NCBI GenBank assembly: GCA_032718475.1
Contig: JAUCBJ010000633.1
Location: forward strand, 59,983-123,982
DNA: 64,000 bases
Direction: 5' to 3'
Source of the DNA: Nemertoderma westbladi
Taxonomy: Eukaryota > Animalia > Xenacoelomorpha
Of the stretch, positions 26,451-38,497 are shown one piece after another. Position 1 is the stretch's first letter; every line of letters starts with the position of its first letter. The notes below the pieces were generated by a model, which saw only the letters and a list, made by a program, of their open reading frames with translations, ran no database searches and was not told where the DNA came from. Position numbers and translations under genes: made by a program.

Positions 26451-26539
26451 TTACAGTAATGAACCTCTCGGTTCCTAACTAGTGACGGGCCTAGCGGCCC
26501 GATAAGGAACCGACTTTTTATTTCAAATAAAGGAGACAA

Positions 26540-27492
26540 CGAGCTCGGCTCGGTCTGGCATGATTGGGCTCGATTCAGTTCGACTTGGCTTGATCGGCTC
26601 GGTTTGGCTCGATTGGGCTCGACTCGACTCAGCTCGATTCTGCTCAATCGGCTTGATTGGGTTCGACTCGGCTTGGTCCGGCTCGACTTGGCTCAATTGG
26701 GCTCGAATCGGCTCGATTGGTCTCGACTCGGCTCGATTGGGCTTGAATCGGCTCGATTGGGCTCGATTGGTCTCGACTCGGCTCGATTGGGCTTGAATCG
26801 GCTCGATTGGGATTAATTGGGCTTGACTCGGCTCGATTTGGCTCAACTTGGCTCAGTCCGGCTCGACTGGGCTTGGTCCGGCTCAATTGGGCTCGACTAG
26901 GCTTGATTGGGCTCTACTCGGCTCTATTGGGCTCGACTCGATTCGATTGGGCTTAACTCGGCTCAGTCGGGCTCGACTCGGCTTGATTAGGCTCAACTCG
27001 GCTCCGTCCGGATCGATTGGGCTCGACTCGGCTTGATTGGTCTTGACTCGACTCAGTCCGGCTCAATTTGGCATGTCACGGCTCGACTCGGCTCGATTGG
27101 GTTCGGCTCAGCTCGGTCTGAGTCGACTCAGCTCGATTCGGCTCAATCGGCTCGATTCGGTTCGACTTGGCTCGGTCCGGCTCGACTTGGCTCAATTGGG
27201 CTCGATTCGGCTCAATCCGCTCGACTCAGCTCGATTGGGATTGATTGGGCTTGACTTGGTTCGATTGGGCTCGACTTGGCCCAGTCCGGCTCAATTGGGC
27301 TCGACTAGGGTTGATTGGGCTCGACTCGGCTCTATTGGGCTCGACTCGACTCGATCGGGCTTGAATCGGCTCAGTCTGGCTCGCTCGGCTTGATTGGGCT
27401 CAACTCGGCTCCGTTCGGCTCGATTGGGCTCGACTCGGCTTGATCGCCTCGATTGGTTCTATTCGGCTCGATCGGTATGATTCGGCTCGATT
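26540..27492. repeat. Degenerate GCTCG/ATTGG/ACTCG 5-bp-phased cryptic repeat (homologous blocks ~28725-29210, ~34487-35420, ~45070-45888)
   Basis: 5-bp periodic mosaic of pentamers, alignable between the four units. Confidence 0.92.
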
Positions 27493-29209
27493 GACACATG
27501 CTGCTGGAAGGGTCAAAGCCAAACTCACGTGCTGCTCGAAGGGACAAAGTCAAACAGTGTGTCTATTATTTGATGTAACTCACGTGCTGCTCGAAGGGCA
27601 CATCATATATCAAGGGTCAAAGCAAAACTCACGTGCTGCTCGAAGGGACAAAGTCAAACAGTGTGTCTATTATTTGATGTAACTCACGTGCTGCTCGAAG
27701 GGCGCAAATACATATATCGAAGGGTCAAAACCAAACTCACGTGCTGCTCGAAGGGACAACTCAGACATTGTGTCTAATATTTGATTAACTCACGTGCTGC
27801 TCGAAGGGCGCAACTATATCGAAACAAGCCCCTGTCTTGTATTTTAATTATATCAGAAATCCTTGCCTTCAGTACAAAATATCTAAAAATTCATTTACCT
27901 GAAGTATGGGTAACATCATAAATTCGCTTTTCACACAGTACCGTAGTTAACTAAAGCAAATACCCTTCAGGTTGACTGAATGATTTTATTAATGTTTGCC
28001 CTGCATATGCATAATGTACCGGTACTATATTTGGGTCCCATGACCCACCCCATTGCTTACATCTGATAGAGAGTAATCACAAATTAACTTCCCTCTACGA
28101 AAATTATTTTAATTAAATACATACAACATGGCAGTCAACTCTACACTCAACAGTACACAATAACTAAAATGGCATTCAGCTTACCAGCTATTCGTATTAA
28201 GCTAATAGATATTCGATTTCATTCGATTCAGTGAGTGTGTGAGGGCTATTGGGAGAGCAATCAGCTTATGATGTAATACATTAGAAGCCCACAGCTTATG
28301 TTTGCTCACTGTCTGAGTTGTAGAGTGAGGATAATACTTGGCACAGAAAGCATTTCCTTGTTAGGTGGCCATTCCTATAGAATAGCATTACTAGGCCATC
28401 TCTATCCATTTTTCATGAGTGCCAGCTGGTGTTTTTATCATTGCGCCTATGGCGTTTTTTCGTTTATGTCTATTTTTCGAGCCCACGGCTCATGGACGAA
28501 ATAGCGGAACATACCAGGGACCTTAGAATCGCGGTATCTAGCCGCTGTGAAAATTTCATCAAAATCGTTAGAGTATTTTTGGCTGTAGATCAGTCAGTCA
28601 GTCAGTCAGCCAGCCAGCCAGTCTCGAGCAATTCTTACAGTAATGAACCTCTCGGTTCCTAACTAGTGACGGGCCTAGCGGCCCGATAAGGAACCGACTT
28701 TTTATTTCAATTAAAAGAGACAACGAGCTCGGCTCGGTCTTGCACGATTGGGCACGATTTAGTTCGACTTGGCTTGATCGGCTCGGTTTGGCTCGATTAG
28801 GCTCGGCTCGGCTCTATCTGACTCGACTCAGCTTGATTCGGCTCAATCGGCTCGATTGGGTTCGACTCGGCTCGGTCCAGCTCGACTTGGCTCAATTGAG
28901 CACGATTCAGCTCAATCTGCTCGACTCGGCTCGAATCGGCTCAATTGGGATTGATTGGGCTTGACTCTGCTCGATTTGGCTCAACTTGGCTCAGTCTGGC
29001 TCGATTGGACTCGACTTGGCTCGGTCCGGCTCAATTGGGCTCGACTAGGCTTGATTGGACTCGATCCGGCTCTATTGGGCTCGACTCGATTCGATTTGGG
29101 CTTGTCTCGGCTCAGTCTGGCTCGACTCGGCTCGATTGGGCTCAACTCGGCTCGATTGGGCTCGACTCGGCTTGATTGGGGTCAATCCGGGCTCAATTTG
29201 GCATGACAC

Positions 29210-29976
29210 GGCTCGACTCGGCTCGGCTCGGCTCGGCTCGGCTCGGCTCGGCTCGGCTCGGCTCGGTTTGGCTCGGCTCGGCTCGGCTCGGCTCGGCTTG
29301 GCTCGGGTCGGCTCGGCTCGGCTCGGCTCGGCTCGGCTCGGCTCGGCTCGGCTCGGCTCGGCTCGGCTCGGCTCGGCTCGGCTCGGCTCGGCTCGGCTCG
29401 GCTCGGCTCGGCTCGGCTCGGCTCGGCTCGGCTCGGCTCGGCTCGGCTCGGCTCGGCTCGGCTCGGCTCGGCTCGGCTCGGCTCGGCTCGGCTCGGCTCG
29501 GCTCGGCTCGGCTCGGCTCGGCTCGGCTCGGCTCGGCTCTGCTCGGCTCGGTTCGGCTCGGCTCGGCTCGGCTCGGCTCGGCTCGGCTCGGCTCGGCTCG
29601 GCTCGGCTCGGCTCGGCTCGGCTCGGCTCGGCTCGGCTCGGCTCGGCTCGGCTCGGCTCGGCTCGGCTCGGCTCGGCTCGGCTCTGCTTGGCTCGGATCG
29701 GCTCGGCTCGGCTCGGCTCGGCTCGGCTCGGCTCAGCTCGGCTCGGCTCGGCTCGGCTCGGTTCGGCTCGGCTCGGTTCGGCTCGGTTCGGCTCGGCTCG
29801 GCTCGGCTCGGTTTGGCTCGGCTCGGCTCGGTTTGGCTCGGCTCGGCTCTGCTTGGCTCGGCTCGGCTCGGCTCGGCTCGGCTCGGCTCGGCTCGGCTCG
29901 GCTCGGCTCAGCTCGGCTCGGCTCGGCTCGGCTCGGCTCGGCTCGGCTCGGCTCGGCTCGGCTCGGCTCGGCTCGG
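29210..29976. repeat. (GCTCG)n expansion inside the degenerate pentamer block
   Basis: Pure run flanked on both sides by the degenerate form. Confidence 0.96.
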
Positions 29977-30127
29977 TCTCAGTCGACTCAGCTCAACTCA
30001 GCTCGATTCGGCTCGATTGGGTTCGACTTGGCTCGGTCCGGCTCGACTTGGCTCAATTGGGCCTGATTCGGCTCAATCTGCACGACTCGGCTCGATTGGG
30101 ATTGATTGGGCTTGACTTGGCTCGATT

Positions 30128-31477
30128 TGAAAATTCGAAAATTTTAAAGTTACATTTTTCGTCTAATTGTTTTTCAATACAGGTTTTCTGGGGCGCAAAA
30201 TACATTGGAAAATATTTAAAAATGATATGATTACTATAAATGGCTGTTTAGTCCTCTCTGCGTAGGAAAAAAATGAAAAAAACAAGTAACCAGCACTTTT
30301 CAGTTAGAACACAAAATTTTTAATTCACTTATACGATGCTATAAATTCGCATTTTAAGGTTTTCTAGGGCGCTGATTCTAATGGAATACATTTCTAAAAT
30401 GCCCCATCATTGCTACTTGTATTTTTCGGCGTAATTTGGGAAATTTTGGTGCTAGGACCAAATTTCTTACCCATCACCAAAAAGTACAAGTTTGCGATGT
30501 CCAGTGGTGTTTTTATTGATTCCATCGGATTCAGGACCCTCATAAACCCGTATAACACAATAAACAAGATGATACTATCTACTGATCAATTTGCTTATTT
30601 TCCAAAATTTGGTGCTGGCACAACAATTTTCACCCACCGGCGAAAAATACAAGTTTGAAAACTCTTATGAAATTTTTACTGATTCCATTTAATTCACATC
30701 CCTCACAAACCCGTATAACGCAAGAAACAAGGTGACACAATCAATTTATAAATTTGATGGTTTTCAAAATTTGGTGCTAGCACCACATTTTGCACCCACT
30801 TCCGAAAAATACAAGTTTGAGATGCCTAGTTCGAAAATTATATATTCCATTCAATTCAGAATAGCCATAAACATCTAAAACGCAAGAAATAAATTGTAAC
30901 AAACAATTTTATCAATTGAATGGATTTTCAAAATTTCGTGCTAGCACCAAAATTTGCACCCACCACCGAAATATACAAGTTTGATACGCTTGGTGCAACT
31001 CGTATATATTTCATCGAAACCAGAACCCCAAAAAACCCCAATTGCGTAAAAAACAAGTTTCACACAATCAATTTACAAAATTGACATATTTCAAAATTTG
31101 GTGCTGGCACCAAAAATTGGCACCCGCCAAAAAAAACAAGTTTGAAATTTCTAAATCAATTTATATGAATTCCAACCAATTTCTAACACCAAAAAACCGG
31201 TGTAAATCAAAAATAGAGATGTTACAATTCATATTTAATGAAATGTAATTTTCAAAAAACGTCTCAAAAAAAGTGCCAAAAGTAGGGTTAAAAAATGGTG
31301 CTATAACTCGAAAAGTACCCAATATTTTTGAAAACGGTTTTCACTACTAGGAAGACAATAGATTTTTAGGAAAAGTCATAAAATTTCAAATTCCCAACTG
31401 CGTTTGTTTCAGAATTATAATAAAAAAACCACGGGGGGGTCATATTGACCCCCCCCCCCCGGGTTTAATAGGGTTAA
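30128..31477. mobile_element. One-ended fragment of a non-autonomous piggyBac-like (TTAA) element with ~163-bp internal repeats, inside a HINE unit
   Basis: Ends ...cccgggtttaatAGGG-TTAA (31470-31477). Five repeats are anchored on ggtgct(a/g)g at ~30448, 30611, 30773, 30937 and 31100. Its start resembles 62680-62765. Confidence 0.6.
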
Positions 31478-32679
31478 GGATGATCATTGACAGTTCAGTA
31501 GTGGCTATATGTGTTAATACAGAGATGTTAATATGTGTTAACCAGAGAACAATATTAGCCGCTAATTATCATTCACCTTTCAAAACATGTTGAATGTTAG
31601 TGTTAGCCTTACAAATTATCAGTAGGAGGCTGAGTAAACATTCCGCCTTAACCACAGTGTGTAACCTGATACCTGATGCAGTGATTTATATATTTCAAAC
31701 TATAATGTTAGTCTTAGCCTTACAGAGTATCAGTATATGGCTGTGTAAACATTCCGCCTTATAAGCATACATCCTCCACAGTATTAATGTTGGCATTAAT
31801 GTAGCCAATACACTGTGTACCTAACAATCATTCTGCAGGGGGAAGAGTTATTCAGCTGAGGCGGTAATAGATCGCAAACTAAACCAAGGAGTTGGCAGCC
31901 TCATCGATTTATACTAAGCCTGTGTAGAACCACAAACGCAGTGATTTTTATATTTCAAACTATAATGTTAGTCTTAGCCTTACAGAGTATCAGTATATGG
32001 CTGAGTAAACATTCCACCTTATAAGCATACAGCCTCCACAGTATTAATGTTGGCATTAATGTAGCCAATACACTATGTACCTAACAGTCATTCAGCAGGG
32101 GGATGAGTTATTCAGCTGAGGCGGTAATAGATTGCAAACTAAATCAACGAGTTGGCAGCCTCATCGATTTATATTAAGCCTGTGTAGAACCACAAACTAA
32201 ATCAACCAGTTAATGTTTGCTTTGACAGAGAGTGCAGGGCCTAAACAAACACTATGGGTGTACTAAGTACAATAATCTTGGCAACCTCATCGATTTATAC
32301 TAAGCCTTGTGTAGAAATACATTACATAAGCCATTTTTCATCACGACACCAGCTGTTATTGGTGTTATTTTACCATTGCGCCTATGGCGTTTTTTAGTTT
32401 ATCTCTATTTTTCGAGCCCACGGCTCATGGACGAAATAGTGGAACATACCAGGGACCTTAGAATCGCGGTATCTAGCCGCTGTGAAAATTTCATCAAAAT
32501 CGTTAGAGTAGTTTTGGCTGTAGATCAGAATCTTGGTTCCTAACTAGTGACGGGCCTAGCGGCCCGATAAGGAACCGACTTTTTATTTCAAATAAAAGAG
32601 ACAACGAGCTCGGCTCGGTCTTGCACGATTGGGCACGATTAAGTTCGACTTGGCTTGATCGGTCGGTTTGGCTCGATTA

Positions 32680-33326
32680 GGCTCGGCTCGGCTCAGCTCG
32701 GCTCGGCTCGGCTCGGCTCGGCTCGGCTCGGCTCGGTTCGGCTCGGCTCGGCTCGGCTCGGCTCGGCTCGGCTCGGCTTGGCTCGGCTCGGCTCGGCTCA
32801 GCTCGGCTCGGCTCGGCTCGGCTCGGCTCGGCTCGTCTCGGCTCGTCTCGGCTCGGCTCGGCTCGGCTCGGCTCGGCTCGGCTCGGCTCGGCTCGGCTCG
32901 GCTCGGCTCGATTAGGCTCGGCTCGATTAGGCTCGGCTCAGCTCGGCTCGGCTAGGCTCGGCTTGGCTCATCTCGGCTCGGCTCGGCTCGGCTCGGCTCG
33001 GCTCGGCTCGGCTCGGCTCGGCTCGGCTCGGCTCGGCTCGGCTAGGCTCGGCTTGGCTCATCTCGGCTCGGCTCGGCTCGGCTCGGCTCGGCTCGGCTCG
33101 GCTCGGCTCGGCTCGGCTCGGCTCGGCTCGGCTCGATTAGGCTCGGCTCAGCTTGGCTCGGCTAGGCTCGGCTCGGCTCGGCTCGGCTCGGCTCAGCTCG
33201 GCTCGGCTAGGCTCGGCTCGGCTCGGCTCGGCTCGGCTCGGCTCGGCTCGGCTCGGCTCGGCTCGGCTCAGCACGGCTCGGCTCGGCTCGGCTCGGCTCG
33301 GCTCGGCTCGGCTCGGCTCGGCTCGG
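32680..33326. repeat. (GCTCG)n tract
   Basis: Direct observation. Confidence 0.96.
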
Positions 33327-36300
33327 TCTGAGTCGACTCCCCGTGCTGCTCGAAGGGCGCAAATACATATATCGAAGGGTCAAAGCAAAACTCACGTGCT
33401 GCTCGAAGGGACAAAGTCAAACAATGTGTCTATTATTTGATGTAATTCACGTGCTGCTCGAAGGGCGCAAATACATATATCGAAGGGTCAAAGCAAAACT
33501 CACGTGCTGCTCGAAGGGACAAAGTCAAACATTGTGTCTATTATTTGATCATCTCACGTGCTGCTAGAAGGGCGCAACTACATATATCGAAACAAGCCCC
33601 TGTCTTGTATTTTAATTATATCAGAAATCGTTGCCTTCATTACAAATATCTAAAAATTCATTCACCTGAAGTATGGGTAACATTATAAATTCGTTTTTCG
33701 CACAGTAGAGTTAACTAAGCAAATACCCTCCAGGTTGACTGAATGATTTTATTAATGTTTGCCATGCATAATGTACTATATTTGGGTCCCATGACCCACC
33801 CCATTGAACAGCTTTGCTTACATCTGATAGAAAGTAATCCCAAATTAACTTCCCTCTACGAAAATTATTTTAATTAAATACATACAACATAGCAGTCAAC
33901 TCTGCTATCAACAGTACACAATAACTAAAATGGCATTCAGCTTACCAGCTATTCGCATTAAGCTAATAGATATTCGATTTCATTGGATTCAGTGAGTGTG
34001 TGAGGGCTATTGGGAGAGCAATCAGCTTATGATGTAATACATTAGAATCCCACAGCTTTTGTTTGCTTACTGTCTGAGTTGTAGAGTGAGGATAATACTT
34101 GGCAGAGAAAGCATTTCCTTGTTAGGTGGCCATTCCTATAGAATAGCATTACTAGGCTATCTCTATCCATTTTTCATGAGTGCCAGCTGGTGTTTTTATC
34201 ATTGCGCCTATGGCGTTTTTTCGTTTATGTCTATTTTTCGAGCCCACGGCTCATGGACGAAATAGCGGAACATACCAGGGACCTTAGAATCGCGGTATCT
34301 AGCCGCTGTGAAAATTTCATCAAAATCGTTAGAGTAGTTTTGGCTGTAGATCAGTCAGTCAGTCAGTCAGTCAGCCAGCCAGTCTCGAGCAATTCTTACA
34401 GTAATGAACCTCTCGGTTCCTAACTAGTGACGGGCCTAGCGGCCCGATAAGGAACCGACTTTTTATTTCAAATAAAAGAGACAACGAGCTCGGCTCGGTC
34501 TGGCATGATTAGGCTCGATTCAGTTCGACTTGGCTTGATCGGCTCGGTTTGGCTCGATTGGGCTCGACTCAGCTTGATTGGGCTCGACTCGACTCAGCTC
34601 GATTCGGCTCAATCGGCTTGATTGGGTTCGACTTGGCTCGGTCTGGCTCGACTTGGCTCAATTGGGCTCGACTCGGCTCGATTGGTCTCGACTCGGCTCG
34701 ATTGGGCTCGATTGGGATTGATTGGTCTTGACTCGGCTCGATTTGGCTCAACTTGGCTCTGTCCGGCTCGACTGGGCTCGGTCCGGCTCAATTGGGCTCG
34801 ACTAGGCTTGATTGGGCTCGACTCGGCTCTATTGGGCTCGACTCGATTCGATTGGGCTTAACTCGGCTCAGTCTGGCTCGACTCGGGTTGATTAGGCTCA
34901 ACTCGGCTCCGTCCGGCTCGACTCGGCTCGACTCAGCTTGATTGGTCTCGACTCGACTCAGTCCGGCTCAATTTGGCGTGGCATGGCTCGATTGGGTTCG
35001 GCTCGGCTCGGTCTGAGTCGACTCAGCTAGATTCGGCTCGATTGGGTTCGACTCGGCTCGGTCCGGCTCGACTTGGCTCAATTGGGCTCGATTCGGCTCA
35101 ATCCACTCGACTCGGCTCGATTTGGATTGATTTGGGCTTGACTCGGCTCGATTTGGCTCAACTTGGCACAGTATGGCTCGATTGGGCTCGACTTGGCTCG
35201 GTCCGGCTCAATTGGGCTCGACTAGGATTGATTGGGTAAGACTCGGCTCTATTGGGCTCGACTCGACTCGATTGGGCTTGTCTCGGCTCAGTCTGGATCG
35301 CTCGGCTTGATTGGGCTCAACTCGGCTCCGTTCGGCTTGACTCGGCTCAATTGGGCTCGTCTTGGCTTGATTGCCTCGATTGGTTCTATTCGGCTCGATC
35401 GGTATGATTCGGCTCGATTGACACACGCTGCTGGAAGGGTCAAAGTCAAACTCACGTGCTGCTCGAAGGGACAAAGTCAAACAGTGTGTCTATTATTTGA
35501 TGCAACTCACGTGCTGCTCGAAGGGCGCAACATCATATATCAAGGGTCAAAGCAAAACTCACGTGCTGGTCGAAGGGACAAAGTCAAACAGTGTGTCTAA
35601 TATTTGATTAACTCACGTGCTGCTCGAAGGGCGCAACTACATAATATCGAAACAAGCCCCTGTCTTGTATTTAAATTATATCAGAAATCCTTGCCTTCAG
35701 TACAAAATATCTAAAAATTCATTTACCTGAAGTATTGGTAACATTATAAATTCGCTTTTCACACAGTAGTTAACTAAAGCAAATACCCTTCAGGTTGACT
35801 GAATGATTTTATTAATGTTTGCCATGCATAATGTATTATATTTGGGTTCCATGACCCACCCCATTGATTGAACAGCTTTGCTTACATCAGATAGAGAGTA
35901 ATCCCAAATTAACTTCCCTCTACGAAAATGATTTTAATTAAATACATACAACCTAGCAGTCAACTCTACAGTCAACAGTACTCAATAACTAAAATGGCAT
36001 TCAGCTTACCAGCTATTCGCATTAAGCTAATAGATATTCGATTTCATTCGATTCAGTGAGTGTGTGAGGGCTATTGGGAGAGCAATCAGCTTATATGATG
36101 TAATACATTAGAAGCCCACAGCTTATGTTTGCTCACTGTCTGAGTTGTAGAGTGAGGATAATACTTGGCACAGAAAGCATTTCCTTGTTAGGTGGCCATT
36201 CCTATAGAATAGCATTACTATAGGCCATCTCTATCCATTTTTTCATGAGTGCCAGCTGGTGTTTTTATCATTGCGCCTATGGCGTTTTTTCGTTTATGTC

Positions 36301-36519
36301 TATTTTTCGAGCCCACGGCTCATGGACGAAATAGCGGAACATACCAGGGACCTTAGAATCGCGGTATCTAGCCGCTGTGAAAATTTCATCAAAATCGTTA
36401 GAGTAGTTTTGGCTGTAGATCAGTCAGCCAGTCAGCCAGTCAGTCAACAATTCTTACAGTAATGAACCTCTCGGTTCCTAACTAGTGACGGGCCTAGCGG
36501 CCCGATAAGGAATGACTTA

Positions 36520-36910
36520 CCTGGTTTCCAGGAGTCCCTGCATCCACTGGGTCCACCCAATCCTTGGCAACCAGTCTATAGATTTATTGCGCATAATGTT
36601 GATGTGCTTCTATGGTGTCGGCTCCATGTATCTCGTTGAAGCGCACAATCGATGGTTCAGGCTGCTGATTAGTGACTCAGCGCCGTCATTGTTTAGCAGG
36701 GATTGAGCCTGCTCGAGTTCTTGAGCAGTCCGTTGCTGTCGATCCTCCAATTCATAGGCCTTCTGTTGCGATTTGGCCGCAGCCAACTGTCTTTGTTGTT
36801 CTAGAATTAATGCCTCCTTGTGTTGTTCCATCTCGAGTTTCTTCCTGGTAATGTCGCGTTGATGAGGCAAATGTTTGTTCTCTTCATTGACTTCATTGAC
36901 ATTGAGTCGG
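36520..36910 (-). pseudogene. Exon-like coiled-coil-coding fragment carried inside a HINE unit
   Basis: Reads ...KKLEMEQHKEALILEQQRQLAAAKSQQKAYELEDRQQRTAQELEQAQSLL..., is interrupted by a stop at 36610, and is followed downstream by CCAG|GTAAGT at ~36514-36523. Unique sequence in the window. Confidence 0.45.
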
Positions 36911-37728
36911 GCTTACCGACTGCCTTCCAGCCTACCGATTTTAGCAGTCTTCCGACATTGGCAGTTTTCCATCCAAAAATTGGTAGTAGGCCTACCGGAT
37001 CGGTTTAACTGTACGAATTTAACAAAATCACCTATTATTAAATTTGTAATTTTAAAATATATGTAATTGTGGAAATGCTGCAATTTAATATTATTGTACT
37101 GTTGTTGTTGTAGTAACACACCTTACTGCCCTACTTCAGTACTTTGTTGCATGGCCTTTATGAATGCAGCAAAACAAAAGGGTCATGGAGTAACTTAGTA
37201 GTAGATGAAGTAGTAGTGTAGAAGTACATAGTACTGGTAAGGAGAGGAACACACTCAGTTTTCATAAATTTTGATCTTCAATTTTGAAATTGTAGAAATG
37301 ATAAATGCATTACATAACATGAGTTTCAGATCATTGCAATCATCTATCGCTAGATTTATCAGTAAATTAAAACTGCTATATTTTGTTAAATTTCTTAGAT
37401 TTTTTAAAAAAATTCAATTTTTCAAACTCATTGTGACACATCTGATCTTGTCAAATTCACAATGCCAAAAACGTTATTGGAAAGCCCATGATAAATGCAT
37501 TACATAACATGAGTTTCAGATCATTGCAATCATCTATCGCTAGATTTATCGGTAAATTAAAACTGCTATATTTTGTTAAATTTCTCAGATTTTGTGACTC
37601 GTGTGACACCTCTTCCACTAAATATTTTTCAAAACGGTTTTTTGCATTGTACTTCTACATTAAAATGGCAAAACATGTCGAAGTTTCCAAGCAATTGGGG
37701 CAAAAAGGTGATTTTTGTAACACCCTAC

Positions 37729-38497
37729 TGTTCAATGGGGTGGGTCATGGGACCCAAATATAGTACATTATGCATGGCAAACATTAATAAAATCATTCAG
37801 TCAACCTGGAGGGTATTTGCTTAGTTAACTCTACTGTGCGAAAAACGAATTTATAATGTTACCCATACTTCAGGTGAATGAATTTTTAGATATTTGTACT
37901 GAAGGCAACGATTTCTGATATAATTAAAATACAAGACAGGGGCTTGTTTCGATATATGTAGTTGCGCCCTTCTAGCAGCACGTGAGATAATCAAATAATA
38001 GACACAATGTTTAACTTTGTCCCTTCGAGCAGCACGTGAGTTTTGCTTTGACCCTTCGATATATGTATTTGCGCCCTTCGAGCAGCACGTGAATTACATC
38101 AAACAATAGACACATTGTTTGACTTTGTCCCTTCGAGCAGCACGTGAGTTTTGCTTTGACCCTTCGATATATGTATTTCCGCCCTTTGAGCAGCACGGGG
38201 GTTCGACTCAGACCGAGCCAAGCAAAGCCAAGCCAAGCCGAGCCAAGCTGAGCCGAGCCGAGCCGAGCCGAGCCGAGCCGAGCCGAGCCGAGCCGTGCCG
38301 AGCCGAACCGAGCCGAGCCAAGCCGAGCTGAGCCGTGCCGAGCCGAGCCGAGCCAAGCCGAGCCGAGCCGAGCCGAGCCGAGCCGAGCCGTGCCGTGCCG
38401 AGCCGAGCCAAGCCGAGCCGAGCCGAGCCGAGCCGAGCCGAGCCGAGCCGAGCCGTGCCGAGCCGAGCCAAGCCGAGCCGAGCCGAGCCGAGCCGAT
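37729..38497 (+). mobile_element. Inverted segment of the HINE GCTCG-subfamily body
   Basis: Reverse complement of the block seen at ~33000-33810, including a (CGAGC)n tract at 38212-38496. Confidence 0.92.

Noticed and set aside
19841-33440. Long SARLG/AEPSR-repeat ORFs
   Set aside because: Translations of (GCTCG)n, which has no stop codon in any frame; no coding signal.
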